Shown here piece after piece: positions 1 to 13,600 of a DNA stretch of 64,000 nt. The translations under genes and the position numbers were made by a program. The notes under the pieces were generated by a model. It saw only the letters and a program-made list of their open reading frames with translations, searched no databases and was not told the origin of the DNA. Numbering within the stretch: the stretch's first letter is position 1; every line of letters starts with the position of its first letter. This stretch comes from Callorhinchus milii (Eukaryota), in contig NW_024704743.1 of the NCBI RefSeq assembly GCF_018977255.1, forward strand, positions 77,936,001 through 78,000,000, written 5' to 3'.

Positions 1-14
1 TATATATGTACAAT

Positions 15-712
15 TTAGTAAGGGGGGTCTCCTTGGAGCTGAACTGGCTCCAAGGTGACATATTTGGCAACAGAATGTTCGAATCAAGCCAGCCCTCTGT
101 GGCGGTCTTGGTAGTCCAGTTCCTGAGCCAGGTGGGTCCGCAGTATTCCAGGGCACTGTTGATAGCAGCACGGCCAGCCTGGTTCATCGGCAGGATTTGG
201 AAGGGCCGACCAGTCGCTGGAGGCTGGAAATTATCCCACTCAGCTCCTGTTAACCCTATAAGACAAAACCCTAATGGGTAGGGTGATCCTAGCTGGACGA
301 GCAACTGGAAAGCTTGCCAGACAATGATATCAATTGCAAGCAATGCGGTTTTATCTGGTTAGACACCAGCAGTACTCCAACACACACTCTGGGGCCTCCA
401 TGCCTTTGCTTTTGCCAACCTACGTAGTTTTGTTCACAAAACATACAGTCAATTCATTTGACAGTATATTCTGTGAAACGCTTTGAAATGTCTAGAAGAC
501 ATGATAAGGCACTATATTAAATGCAACGATTATTATTATAATAATACTTTCTGGAACTAGGTGAGCAGGATTGTTCCCTAGAGGGAGAGTGCCCATTCCA
601 TTCCAACAATATATCTCTGGAATTTCCATTTGTAGGTGGTATACATGGAATTCTCGGTTTGGTTTGGATATTCTTAAGCATGGTAATGGTTTCCTGCATG
701 TGTCAGACACCT
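15..712 (+). mobile_element. Decayed L1/Tx1-like LINE ORF2 fragment (post-RT region), interrupted by a SINE tail at about 425-546
   Basis: Colinear with 49600-50125. Reads IWKGRPVAGGWKL, then with a frameshift PTQLLLTL*DKTLMGRVILAG, resembling the L1-clade FIW..K...GGLGLP motif. Confidence 0.5.
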
Positions 713-1770
713 GGCTGACCAAACAAATGTACAAATTAAAACTTCCCCCTCACATTTATTATTTAAAAAGGTGCCATGAAAGTCTGGGCACTGAGGAGAA
801 AACTAAATCTCACAGGAGGATTTTTGAAATTCTATTAAGACATTTTTTCCCATTTACAAAAGATCTCCTGAAAAATTGCAAAGATTTGCAAAGAATGTAA
901 AGTACAGAAACAGGTCACTCAACCCAACCAGTCTGTGCCAGTGTTTATACTCCACATGAGTCTACATTGATTCCTTCCACCCATTCATTCCCCTCTCCCT
1001 CATGTGAAGATCTAGCTTCCTCTTGAATTCATCTATAATTTCATGCTGGTTTCATCTGGAATCTATTGGGAAAATAATATATTAAAAAGTGACATAAATA
1101 AGCCATATTTGCATATTTTGCCCCTATTTTCTGGGCTCCATAAGCCAAATGGCATGGAAACTGCACAGAACATGAATAAACTTTGCTGTGCTAGAACTTC
1201 CTATATCTCCCTTTCTCAGATTAAACCTTAACATAATGGAATCAAAGTAACTTCTGGGGAATGGAAATAAATGAGGCCTAAACTGCATCTGTTTATATTC
1301 AACTTCCTGAGGAACAATCATCAAGAATCTCTCCGAAAACTTATGTTTCCTTTGAATGGCTTCATAACACAGTAAACAGCTAACTGTAAATCTCCTGGCA
1401 GAACTGATCACTAATACAAATAAAGCTAGTGAGTACACTGAGAATAATGAATACTTGGGAGCTATTATATGTCGGCGATCTGATCGAAGGACTCAAATTA
1501 CATCATAAAACCATGAGACAAAACCCTGAGCAGTTTATAACCATCACCTGAACGCTGAAATTAGATCTTAGCCTTGAAATCGCTCCTTCCGATCTGTTCT
1601 TATTTATAATATGAACTGTTCTGGTTTTGTACAGTAGTTTTATTCTGTGTTGTTTTTTTCTCTGATATTTATGATTATCAGTGTCCCTTGTTTATCTCAT
1701 TATTTCCACACAAGGATTAACAATTGTAACAAGATTTACTGTAGAATCATTGAAATAAATAAATAAGTTT

Positions 1771-3628
1771 CATAAGAACATAAGAATTAGGAGCAGGAGT
1801 AGGCCATTCGGCCCCTCGAGCCTGCCCCGCCATTCGATAAGATCATGGCTGATCTTCTGACCTAACTCTAATTACCTGCTCTATCCCCATATCCCCTAAT
1901 CCCTCTGTTTTTTAAAAATGTATCAGTCTCAGCCTTTTGGGTTGTTTCCTCAACTCTGTTCTAAAAGGCTGACCCTTAATTTTAAGACTGTGACCCCTGG
2001 TTATAGATTCTCCTACCAGTCCGTCAGTGTCTACTTTATCCAGCCCTTTAAGAATCTTATATGTTTCAATAAGATCTCCCCTAAATCTTCTGTACTCTAG
2101 AGAATACAGCCCTAGTTTATTCAGCCTATCCTCATAGGTCAGTCCCCTCATCCCAGAAACTAACCGAGTGAATCTACGCTGCACCCCCTCTAGGGCAAGT
2201 ATGTCCTTTTTTAAATAAGGAGACCAAAACTGCACACAATACTCTAGGTGCGGTCTCACCAAGGCCCTATACAGTTGCAGCAAGACTTCCCTACTCTTGT
2301 ACTCTAAACCTTTTGCAATGAACGCTAACATGCCGTTCGCCTTCTTAGTTGCTTGCTGCACCTGCAAACTAACTTTTTGAGACTGGTGTACAAGGACACC
2401 CAAATCCCTCTGAACACTAACACTATCTAATCTCTCCCCCTCTAGAAAATAATCTGTTTTTCTATTTTTTTCTACCTAAATAAATAACTTCACTTCCCCA
2501 CATTAAATTCCATCTGCCACCTACTCGCCCACTCCCCTAGCCTATCTATATCCCGTTGCAATCTTTTTGCATCATCCTCAGAGCTTACTCTCCCACATAG
2601 TTTAGTGTCATCCGCGAATTTAGATATGTTACATTCAATGTCTGGATCATTGATGTAAATTGTAAATAGCTGCTGAGGCCCAAGCACTGATCCTTGTGGC
2701 ACTCCACTAGTCATATCCTGCTAATTCGAGAATGACCTGTTTATCCCTACGCTCTGTTTCCTACCCGTTAGCCACTCTTCAATCCATGCTAATATGTTCC
2801 CATTAATCCCGTGAGCCCTTGTCCAACAGCCTTTTGTGTGGCATTTTGTCAAATGCCTTCTTAAAATCTAAATATACTATATATATATATATATATAAAT
2901 ATACTACATCTACTGGTTCCCCCCTATCTAACCTGCTAGATACATCTTCAAAAAACTCTAAAAGATTAGTTAAGCATGACTTCCCTTTTGTAAAGCCATG
3001 TTGACTCTGCCTAATCTTGTTATGGTCTTCCAGGAATCCCATAACGACATCCTTAATTAAGGACTCAAGAATTTTCCCTACCACTGATGTCAGACTAACT
3101 GGTCTATAGTTCCCCATCTTTTCTCTCCCACCCTTCTTAAATAGTGGTGTTACGTTTGCAATCTTCCAATCAATGGGAACCGTTCCAGAATCCAGAGAAT
3201 TTTGGAAGATCAAAGACAAGCCATCCACTATCTCAGTAGCCACCTCTTTTAAAACCCTAGGATGTAGGCCATCAGGTCCAGGGATTTATCAGTTTTAAGA
3301 CCTGACAATTTACCTAAAACCATTTCTTTACTAATATTAATTCCCCAAGTTGCTCGCTAACATTGTCTTCTTGGTTCCCCTCTATTCTTGGTAGGTTTTC
3401 AGTGTCTTCTAAGGTGAAGACAGTAGCAAAGTACTTGTTTAATGACTCTGCCATGTCTTTGTCCCCTACTATAATTCCCCCGTCTCTGCCTCTAACGGAC
3501 CCACATTTACCTCTGACAGCCTCTTCCTCTTTATATATTTGTAAAACTCTTGCACTCTGTTTTTATGTTCCTCGCTAGTTTGCCCTCATATCCATTTTCT
3601 CCCTCTTAATCACTTTTTTGGTTCCCTC
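1771..3628 (-). mobile_element. CR1-clade LINE, 5'-truncated and frameshifted (RT, C-terminus, 3'UTR)
   Basis: ORF fragments contain [54 protein letters not shown] and LVRPHLEYCVQFWSP. The 3' tail is (TTCTTATG)-type. Confidence 0.95.
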
Positions 3629-6570
3629 TCAATTGTATCTGCCCAGTGTGTATAATAGCCTGTTATTGACAGGCATGTTGTAGAGATGGGAGAGTTTTTT
3701 TTTACTTCTTGTTTAACTTGCATATCTGGAGGCTGGTAATTGTGGGGTCACTGATACCGCCAAAGCTCCATTCATTGTGCAGCTTCACCAGTTCCAGGTG
3801 CTGGGAGCTACCTGTGCATTTGCCGAAGTTCTGGCACAGATCATGCATGTGTACTCAAGATTACTGTGTGCACACAGTATATGAAATGGTCCTCCATTTC
3901 AGGGGTGATGATATTACCTGTCAACTTCTATATACATATGCTGTGTTAACACCTGCATTGGAACAAGCACAATTGCGGCATCAATAACAACTTGCATTTA
4001 CACCGTACCTTCACACAGGGTAAAACACAGCCATGCTCAGGCTGTCATCAGATGATCGGGCTGTTCCATGATTATATGCTCTGATGACACCACAATCAAA
4101 CGCATGCTTCCTGCTGGCTACAGGCAGTCAAAGGCAGCACTCATGACCCAGAACCCAGCACAGGATGTTCTAGTAATAATGCATTGGAGGTACGTAAGCT
4201 GCCTTGTTTACCTCTCAAATGCATCGCCGACAGCAACTTTTCCTACAGTAAGCCAACTCAGCATGATCTTACACAGAGGGCTGTGAGTTGGCTGGCACCA
4301 ATTATAAGAACTATAAGGAGCAGATCAGTACCATATGCTGTATTTTCAGTATACAAGCATGCAATTGTATTTTGAGCTCATTCACATGTAAATATGCCAC
4401 TGGGCACATTGTGCCCTGATTATCATCCCCTTACCTGACTATACACATTGGCATGTGAGCTATTGTTTTACATAAAATGAGACATTTGCTTAAGTTTTCA
4501 TCTCCTGATTACGGCTATAAACCATACACCATTATACGGGACAAATGGTCAATTTTTACATTGGTCAGAAACACCAGTTGTTGACTGATGTCATTGTTGC
4601 ATGTCAGCTCCAACCTCGGCTGGAGTTTCATAAACAAATGCTTTTCTTTATAAGATATACCAAAACAATGCTGAGAAGTTAGTAAAAGGCATCATTAGGT
4701 TCGGTTCTTGGTACAGGTATGCTTATAGGTGTCAGTCTGCTCAATTGGTAGCACTTCTGAGATAGACAGTTGTGGGTTCAAGTCCAACACAGGACTTTGA
4801 GCTTGCAGTCTATGTTGACACTCCAGTGCAGTGCTCAGGATATAATAATAATCCTTGCATTTGATATAGCGCTTCTAGATGTCTCAAAGCACTCAAATAT
4901 GCTGCATTGTTGGAGGTGTCTTTCTTCATATGAGATACTGAACCAAAGTTATGCACGCACGCACACATTGCGCACAGACAGAGATCATTGTAAAAAAAAT
5001 CTTTAATTGAACCTAAAATTTCAGACTTTAGATACAAACAGTAAGAACATAAACATTTGCTAGACAAAAGAAGACAAAGGTCCATCCAGTTCACCTTCCA
5101 CCATCCTGTCAGTCACTTGACATGTCGTGTTCCAAACTAAATGCTGTAAGGTAGGGCTGCACAATGAGGAGCAGAGAGCAAAGCATGAGGCTGAGCTGCT
5201 GGAGAGGAACAGGAGAAGGCTTTGGCAGACCCATTCCTATTGGGGTCAGATGCAAGATGCAGATCTCAGGCTAGCCAGTCAAGCATGGCACTGTCGTGTA
5301 TGTGGGTCATAACGAGTTTAAACCAGGTTACTGAGTCGGACTGAAATACAATGAACCTTTGGGGAAAAATGACGGCTGAGTTGATGGCAAAAGGCATTTT
5401 GACGTCAGTGCAAGTTTGTGGAGCCACAGTTTGTGACCCTGTTCGATTTCTATATACCGTAGAAAACTACGGGCTGAATGACGACGAAATCTGAAACAGA
5501 TGCCGTCTCCATCTTAAACAGCAGTGGCACATTGGCTCTCAATTCCCAATTTATTCCTCGTCGCAGCTGCCACACAGATGAATGGAGTTCCTGAACAGAC
5601 TGGGGCTTCTCACTGACTTGGTTTAAAAACTCTGCAGCTTGTTTGGTTGATGACAGAGATAAAGAAACATCCCTTCCTTTCGATATGTGCGTAATTGGCT
5701 GCTGCATTTCACCCACAAAACATACACAATCACTCCACTTTACAGTGTATTCTGTGAAGCGCTTTGAGATGTCTCAAAGACATGAGAAGGCGCTATATCA
5801 AATATGAGGATTATTATGATTACTATTACTGTATCCTGAGATATTATTTGCCAGCAGAAGTCTATTTAATTTGTTCTTGAAACAAATAAGATTTTCTGCT
5901 TTCACTGTCTCCCTAGAGATCCTGTTCCATAAGGTTACTACTTACTGGTTCTACCATTCAGTACAAAATAAATAAGCTTATCATGGTCTACATTATCTAT
6001 TCCCTTCAGAATCTTAAAGATCGCAATCATATCACCCCTCAACCTTAGGTGTACATGCCCAGTTTATGTAATCGCTCCTCGTTGTCCAGTCAGTCCATCC
6101 CCTCAATCGTTTGGTTACCCTCCTCTGTATCTTTTCAATCACTACAATATCCTTCTTATATTGCAGTGACCAGAACTGCACAAAGTATTCCAAGTGCAGG
6201 CGCACCAGCGATTTATAAAGTGGCAGGACTACCCTACTAATTCGGCTCAATATTGGACTTTTAATACAACCTAGCTTCTGGTTTGCCTTATTCACTGCTA
6301 CTGAGCACTGTTGGGATAGCTTCAACTTTTATCAATCAGGATCCCCACGTCCTTTTCACTTTCTGTACAGATTATTTTCTTACCATTTAAATAATAGTCC
6401 CTTCCTGGATTTTCTGTCCTCATGTGAAGCTCTTTGCATTTCTCTACGTTAAATTTCATCTGCCATCGATTTGTCCAAATTAGCTTTTTGTCATCTGCAA
6501 ATATAGCCACTATGCTGGGGATTCCTAGCTCCAGGTCGTTTATGAAAATGTTAAACAAAAGAAGTCCCAA

Positions 6571-7055
6571 AACAACAACAACAAGACAACAAGATTCCAT
6601 TTATAAAGCGCCTTTCACGTCAGGAGGACATCCCAAGGTGCTGCACAGTTGGGTCATGACCCGAGCAGGGGGGAAATGGTCAGGGTGAGGGGAGGGAGCG
6701 AGGAGGGGGGAAATGGTCAGGGTGAGGGGAGGGATGGGAGGGAGCCAGAAGGGGGAAGAGAGTCGAGAGGGGAGCTGAAGCCTCGGTCAAAGAGAAAGGT
6801 TTTGAGACCGGCCTTGAAGGAGGAGAGGGAGGAAGCAAGGCGAAGGCACTGGGGGATAGAGTTCCAGAGCCTCGAGGCTGAGAGGCTGAAGGCCCGACCA
6901 CCAATGGTAGGGCGATTGGGGTGGGGGACATGGAGCAGACCGGAGCTGGAGGAACGGAGGGTATGGGCAGGTAGGTAGGGGGATAGTAGGTTGGAGAGGT
7001 AGGAGGGAGCAAGGCCGTGAATGGCCTTGTAGGTGAGGATGAGGATCTTGAAATC
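6571..7055 (-). mobile_element. Young L2-clade LINE 3' fragment nested in CR1
   Basis: Near-identical in reverse to 51670-52157. (GTT)n tail. AAAACA is repeated at both junctions. Confidence 0.92.
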
Positions 7056-7167
7056 AAAAACAGACCCCTGTGGAACTCCATCAGTAACATTCTTCCAGCC
7101 TGATGATATTCCCTATATCACCACCTTCTGGGTTCTATCGGTCAGCCAATTACATATTCATTTAATA

Positions 7168-7650
7168 TATGCCTTCATTACATCCAGGCTCGACTATGCC
7201 AATGCCTTGCTTGTTGGCCTTCTCAACTCTTCCCTTCACAAGCAGCAGATCATCCAGAAATCTGCAGCTCGTGTCCTCTCCCACAACAGGTTCTGTGACC
7301 CCATCACACCCACCCTTGCCCAGCTCCACTGGCTCAGAGGATCAAGCTGAAAATCATGATCCTCACCTTCAAGACCCTCTTTGGCCTTGCCCCCTGCTAC
7401 CTCACTGACCTGCTGACCGCTTATCAATCTGTCCCCTCAGCAGGCTCTGGCCTGCTCCAAGTCCCCCACCCAGCCCACTCCACCATCAGCAATCGAGCCT
7501 TCAGCCTCTCTGTCCCCACCCTCTGGAGCTCCATCCCACATTCCCTTACCTCGCTCCCTCCCTTGCCTCCTTCAAGGCATGCCTCAAGACATCCTCTTTG
7601 ACCGTGTCTTCGGCCACCCTTCTACCTTCTCTGTCCTCCACCCTCTCTGA
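7168..7650 (+). mobile_element. Older L2-clade LINE fragment
   Basis: Encodes AFITSRLDYANALLVGL...PITPTLAQLHWL. Confidence 0.85.
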
Positions 7651-9060
7651 TCACGGCCCTTGGGATTTGTTTACCTTAAGTTTGCACAGTTGTTCGATAA
7701 CTATGTTGGTAGCGATATGAATAATGTCACAACTTGCCTCTGCAACACCACTGAGTTCTGTTTCCAGATCCAATAAATTTTCCATCTTCTTTTTACTAAA
7801 AACTGAGGCAAAAAAATTATTTAATACTTCTGCAGGTTGTGCAGCATCATTTGTCATATCCTCACCCAATCCTACCTTCAATGGCCTATCCCATCCCTCG
7901 TTTTTCTCTTAATGTAACTGAAAAACGTTTTATTGTTATTCTTCACATCTCTTGCCATGTTCAATTCAAGAATTTTCTTTGCCATTTTGATACCTTTCTT
8001 ACAATCCTTTCATGCCTTCTGGTAATGAGTCCATCTCTGTGCCATTTTCCTTCACGGCCTTAAATGCCCTTTTTTTTCTCTTAGAGTTGTTTTATGGTCT
8101 GTCCAACTAGGCAGGAATGCCCTTAAACTAACAAGACTTCTCAATCATATAAAGTTAGTCTTCTTAAAATTAGGCACCTTTGTTTGCGTTTTTAAAATCT
8201 CACCAATCCATGTAATACCAACTGTGATAACATTATGATCACTGTTGCTTAATCCCTTACCCACCTTTGTGTTGGAGATTTGATCGTCCCAGTTACTCAT
8301 AACCAAATCTAAAATGTTATTTCCCTTTGTTGGTTCCTTTACAAACTGATTCATAAAACACTAAGCCTTTAACTCTAGAAATTCCTTCCCTATCTTATCG
8401 CTAGACACCCAGTCAATTCCTGATAAGTTAAAATTGCCAACTGCTATGATTGGTCCCTTACTAGTCACCTTCCTTATTTCATCCCAGAATTCCAGATCAA
8501 GCCCATCACCCAGGCCCTGGGGTCTGCAGCAAAGTTCCAAAAATAGTTTACCTCTGTTGCCATCTATTAATTCTACCCAAAGTGATCATGTGGCTGCCAT
8601 TTCCTTTTTAATACCTTCTCTCACTTGTGCCTTAAATACAGTTTATATATACTGCCTCCTCTTCTTCTCCTGATAAGGTCCCTCCTAAACAGTGTGATTC
8701 CTTCCAGATTTGTATCCCATTGATTGGAATCATTCCACCATGTCTCTGTGATGCTAATGATGTCCAATCTGTTGCCTTTTGCAAGACTTTCCAGGTCGCA
8801 CATCTTGTTGGCCAAACTTCTTGCAATAGTGCAAGCACAGTTTCATTGTTTGTTGCCTTTGTCCTTTATTTTATTATCATTATTTGTTTCCTTATCTCCC
8901 ACCTATAATACCTTGGTTTACATTTCCATTGGTATACTTTAAGGTTTCACCTAATCGGCTCGGGTGCTCTCTTCCACCTACAGTACCACCCCTGTACCTA
9001 GTTTAAACACACCATTACCATACTATCTATCCTGCCTGCCCAAACCTCCTCCCCAATTTC

Positions 9061-10620
9061 ATTATACAGCACAGAAGGAGGCCATTGAGCCCATCGTGTC
9101 TGTGCCGGCTCTATGAAAAGAGCTATCCAATTCAATCCCACTCCACCGCTCTCTCTCCATAGCCATGCAAACTTGTTCTCCCCAAATAATTATCTACTTC
9201 TCTCTTAAAAGTTGGTATCAAATTGGCTTCCACCACCTTTTCAGGCAATGCATTCCAGATCCAAACAACTCGCTGTGTGAAAAAAATTCTCCTCACCTCC
9301 ACTCTGTTTCTTTTAACAACTATTTTAAATTGGTGCCCTCAGGTTACCGACCCACCCACCAGTGTAAATAGTTTCTCCTTGTTCACCCTATCGAAACCCC
9401 TCATCATTTAGAAAACTTCTAAGTCTCCTCTTAACCTTCTCTGCTCCAAGGAAAATAATTCTAGTTTCTCTAGCCTCTCCTCGTAAATGAAGTCCCTCAT
9501 TCCTGATAAATCTCCTTTGCACCCTCTCCAATGCTTTGACATCCTTCTTAAAGTGTGGTGCCCAGAACTGAACACAGTACTCCAGCTGAGGCCGAACCAG
9601 TGTTTTATAAAGGTTCATCATAACTTCCTGACTTTTGTATTCTATGCCCCTATTTATAAAGCCTAGTGTCCCATATGCTTTTTTTTAAACAGCTTTATCT
9701 ACCTGTCCTGCCACCTTCAACGATTTACTTATATGAACCCCCCGGTCTCTCTGTTCCTTCACCCCTTTTAAGATTGTACCATCAGCTTATATTGCCTCTC
9801 CTCATTCTTCCTCCCAAAATGCATCACTTTGCATTTCTCCACATTAAGCTTCATCTGCCACATGTCTGCCCATTTTACCAGTCTGTCTATGTCCATTTGC
9901 AGTCTGCCTACTATCCTGCTCACTGTTTACTACGTTTCCAGCTTAGTATCATCTGCAAACTTGGAAATTGTACTCTCTATACCCAAGTCCAGGTCATTTA
10001 TATAGATCAAAAACAGCAGTACGCCCAATACTGGCCCCTGGGGGACACCACTGCATATTTCCCTCCAGTCAGAAAAACAAACGTTCACCACTACTCTCTG
10101 CTTTCTGTCTCCCAGCCAGTTCTGTATCCATGCTGCCACTGTCCCTTTAATACCATGGGCTTCTATTTTGCTTACAAGTCTCTTCTGTGGCACTTTATCA
10201 AATGCCTTTTGAAAATCCATATAAACTACATCAATTGCACTACCTTCATCCACCCTCTCCGTTACTTCATCAAAAAACTCTATCAGTTTTATTAGACATG
10301 ATTTGCCTTTAACAAATCTGCATTGAATGTCCTTCATTAACCCATATTGTTCTAAGTAAAAATGTATTTTGTCCTGGATTGTAGTCTCAAGAAATTTCCC
10401 CACCACTGACGTTAGGCTGATTGACCTGTAATTCCCAGGTTTATCCTTCTGCCCCTTTTTGTACAGGGGAGTAAAATTTGCAACCCTCCAGTCCTCTGGC
10501 ACCACCCCCGGGTCTAAAGAGGATTCAAAGGTTGTGACGAGAGCCTCCATTATTTCCACCCTTACTTCTCTCAGTAACCTGGGATGCATCTCATCAGACC
10601 CTATTGCCTGGGTATGACTC
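9061..10620 (-). mobile_element. CR1-clade LINE, 5'-truncated
   Basis: ORF 9930-10688 contains [31 protein letters not shown] and [24 protein letters not shown] follows downstream. Confidence 0.93.
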
Positions 10621-13600
10621 AAGATCCTCCTTTTAGACTGTGCCGTCAGCCATCTCCTGCCCTCCCTCATCCCAAATGTGCCCCCCATGCTTGGGTCCTA
10701 ATCCCTGACTGTTCAGCGCCGTGGGACATCCTCCCATCATGAAAGCACTTTACAAATGTAATTTTGTTGTTGTCATGTATAAAAATCTCATCCTCCCTAA
10801 TGCATGGCCACTCACTCACTCACTGAGAATGATCACTTCAGCCTTGAGTTCATCGATCAGTTTGCAGCTGTTGCAAATGAATCTCTCTACAACCTGAGCC
10901 TGGAAGGCAAACATCTCACAACTTCATTTTTATTGAAGTTTAACTTTTTCATTGAAGGTATTTCATTTTCATTAAAGTTTAACTTTTAAACAGAGCTGGT
11001 TAGGGTCTCACCTGCTTCCTATTAATTCCTATTTTTGCCTATTTCTATTTCTCCACTTATTTTTATATGAACACGTCCGCACCGAATTCCCACTCTCACC
11101 AAATTCCTTCACTAAAAATTTCACTCTGTCCCCAACTCACTCCATTCACAGTTCCCTTACTGGGCTCTATTCAACAATAAATTTGCAGTGTATCTTAAGC
11201 CATTCCATGTACCAGCTAATTCAATGAATGCCATAAACATTTTATTGAATTTCATGTTACAGATCTCAATTGCTGTCCTAAAGATTGTGTTTACATATGG
11301 TGAGGGGGGAACTTTGTGGTTTTGTGGTGTGGCTATCTAGTTGTGCCCTGCAGTTCCTGGGATAACAAGATGGGGTGCAGGGGGGTAGCTGAGGGGATAT
11401 CTTGAGGAAAAGTTGGAAAACATGGTTGAAGCTCCAAAGAGTCAGCAAGATTTCGCAATCTGCCACTTCCCTTCCAGCTGAGGTCTGCTACTTTATCTAT
11501 ACAAATGTAACTTTGTTGTTGTTGTTATCTATATTACTGCTGACCGTGCCTATGGTCACCTCACCAACTGACAAGCGCTCTGGGATGCTACCCTTCGTGA
11601 GGGGTGCTATATAAATGCAAGTTGTTGCTGTACTTCCTTTTTCCTTTTGGTTTTATCAAAATGTAACACAGCAGTAGAAAGTGAAAGAATTAAGTTAACA
11701 TTTTTATGTCCAACTGGAACGGCCAGTGAAAAGAAGTGCAGTCAGTGTACTCCACAGTATACACTGTACGTGACTCTTTCAGAGGCTTCAGGTGAAACAC
11801 TGCAGTGCAGTTCTTAAAAGATGCAAAAGCAAAGGTCGTCTCCCATAGCAGCAGCTTGCTTTTAATCAAATGGAAGTTAGACATATTGCTTTGTGTAAAA
11901 TATAAGTCTAGACAAGCACGGTTTGAAATTTGAAAGAGTCGTTGGCATTCTCATCAATGTGTGGTGCCCTCATCATTGCATTCAGATTTTTAAAATATTT
12001 CTCCTTGTTTTCTAGTCTTCGGTCCTAAAAGTGTTGATTTGTCCTGAGATACACTTACCAGCTCTGGCAGTACCTGGCTGTAATGGTGATCCTTCATGTC
12101 TGGAACCTACATTGTGAGCAGGCTAAACTGTGGAGAAAATCATCACCAAACCCAGCATTGCCCTCACTCAACCATCATATAATATACTTTTTGATCCTAA
12201 TCAAATCCTAATAACATAGGCACCATAGGCCAAATGGTCTCATTATGTGCGGTAGAATTCTATGATTCTATAAAACAGCCATGGGGTAATGGACTTTTGT
12301 TCTCTTGTCTTTATAACATTTATTCCAAGCAGAAATGGCATCCTCAGAAAATGAGGGGAGAGAATCTGACAGAAAGGGGAGGGGATAAGAAACATTTTAG
12401 AAAGAAGATATAGCTTCTAACTACCTCCCTAATTTTCCTTCTAACAATCATGAGATTGGATGATGATCATGGGTAGATTTTTCTTCCATTGATCCAAGGG
12501 GAGAAGGCTTGAGAGAAAATAACTCAGCACAGACCTGGCCTTTGAGATTCAACCCCTGAGCAATGAAGCAAGGTGGAATCGATATCCATTACAGCACCTC
12601 CCAATTTGTGCTTTTAGTTACTCTTTGCAGAACCTCTGCGCTGCTTATTCAAGTGAACAGCTATGTTCAGTTTTTTGGCCATTTGAGAAATAATATATTC
12701 AGCCAATCTAATAAATTAAAAGTTTATCCCTGTCCCCATGTACAGTATCATAATTGCAGTTGTACTTTGGTGAAATAGCTTTGATACCTCTGTCAACCAT
12801 AATAAATTGAAGTGTTGTACACATCATTTTGTCATTTGTTGTGCAAATTGGCTTATTAGTCTACTGCTCTTGCTTGTCCAGCAAATGCTATTTATTTATG
12901 TATAATCACAGAGATCTGCAGTGTTCTGCTTTATTATTCATGTTGTATTGTCATAATGGGAATTTGTATTCGCAATTTGCTTTGCTAGAATAATAATGTT
13001 CTAAAATCTTTCTCATCTCCCCCAACCCCATTTCCCCATGGGTGTCTGTTTCATAGAATCCTACAACACAGAAGGAGGCCATTTGGCCTGCTGTGCCGAT
13101 GCCAGCTCTTTGAAAGAGCTATCCAATTAGTCCCACTCCCCCACTTTTTCCCCATAGCTTTGCATTTTTTTCTTTAAGTAAATATCCGATTCCCTTTTGA
13201 AAGTTGTTATTGAATCTACTTCCACCACCCTTTCAGGCAGTGTAATGTTATATTTTAGTACAACGTAATATTTTATTACTATTTTATTTATTTAGTGTAG
13301 TATTTTATTTTAATACAATCTTTTAGGATTACCACAAATTCAACAGAAATCCCATTTAGTGCTTCCCTTCCAATTTAAGAATATCACAAATTAGAATCAT
13401 AGAATCTCCCCATGTCCTCGCTGACAATCCCCCAATAAAAGGGATCATTCTCTTCAGTGGGACATTGCTGTGCAAGTTGACTGCCACGTTCGCCCACAAA
13501 AAAACGGTCATCCATTTTGCAATATATCCTATAGAGTTCTTTAAGACATCTTCCTAATGTGAAAGGTGCTAATACCAAATGTAAGGATTATTAATATTAA

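Larger units (their letters stand above)
5041..9005 (-). mobile_element. Fragmented CR1-clade LINE (3'UTR, RT and endonuclease pieces) with nested insertions
   Basis: 3'UTR at 5041-5140 matches 24750-24835 in reverse. RT C-terminus at 5850-6570 and 7057-7160 (FADD, HLEYFVQFWS). Endonuclease motifs ITETWW, LDLVMSN and SDHN at 8145-8815. Interrupted by a SINE and two L2 pieces. Confidence 0.85.

Noticed and set aside
15..420. Endogenous viral gag/core-like reading on the minus strand
   Set aside because: Both copies share a stop in that frame. The plus-strand L1-like reading fits better.
4020..4300. Possible Harbinger transposase remnant (AVGDAF on the minus strand)
   Set aside because: A single short motif followed by a stop, with no further transposase motifs or TIRs.
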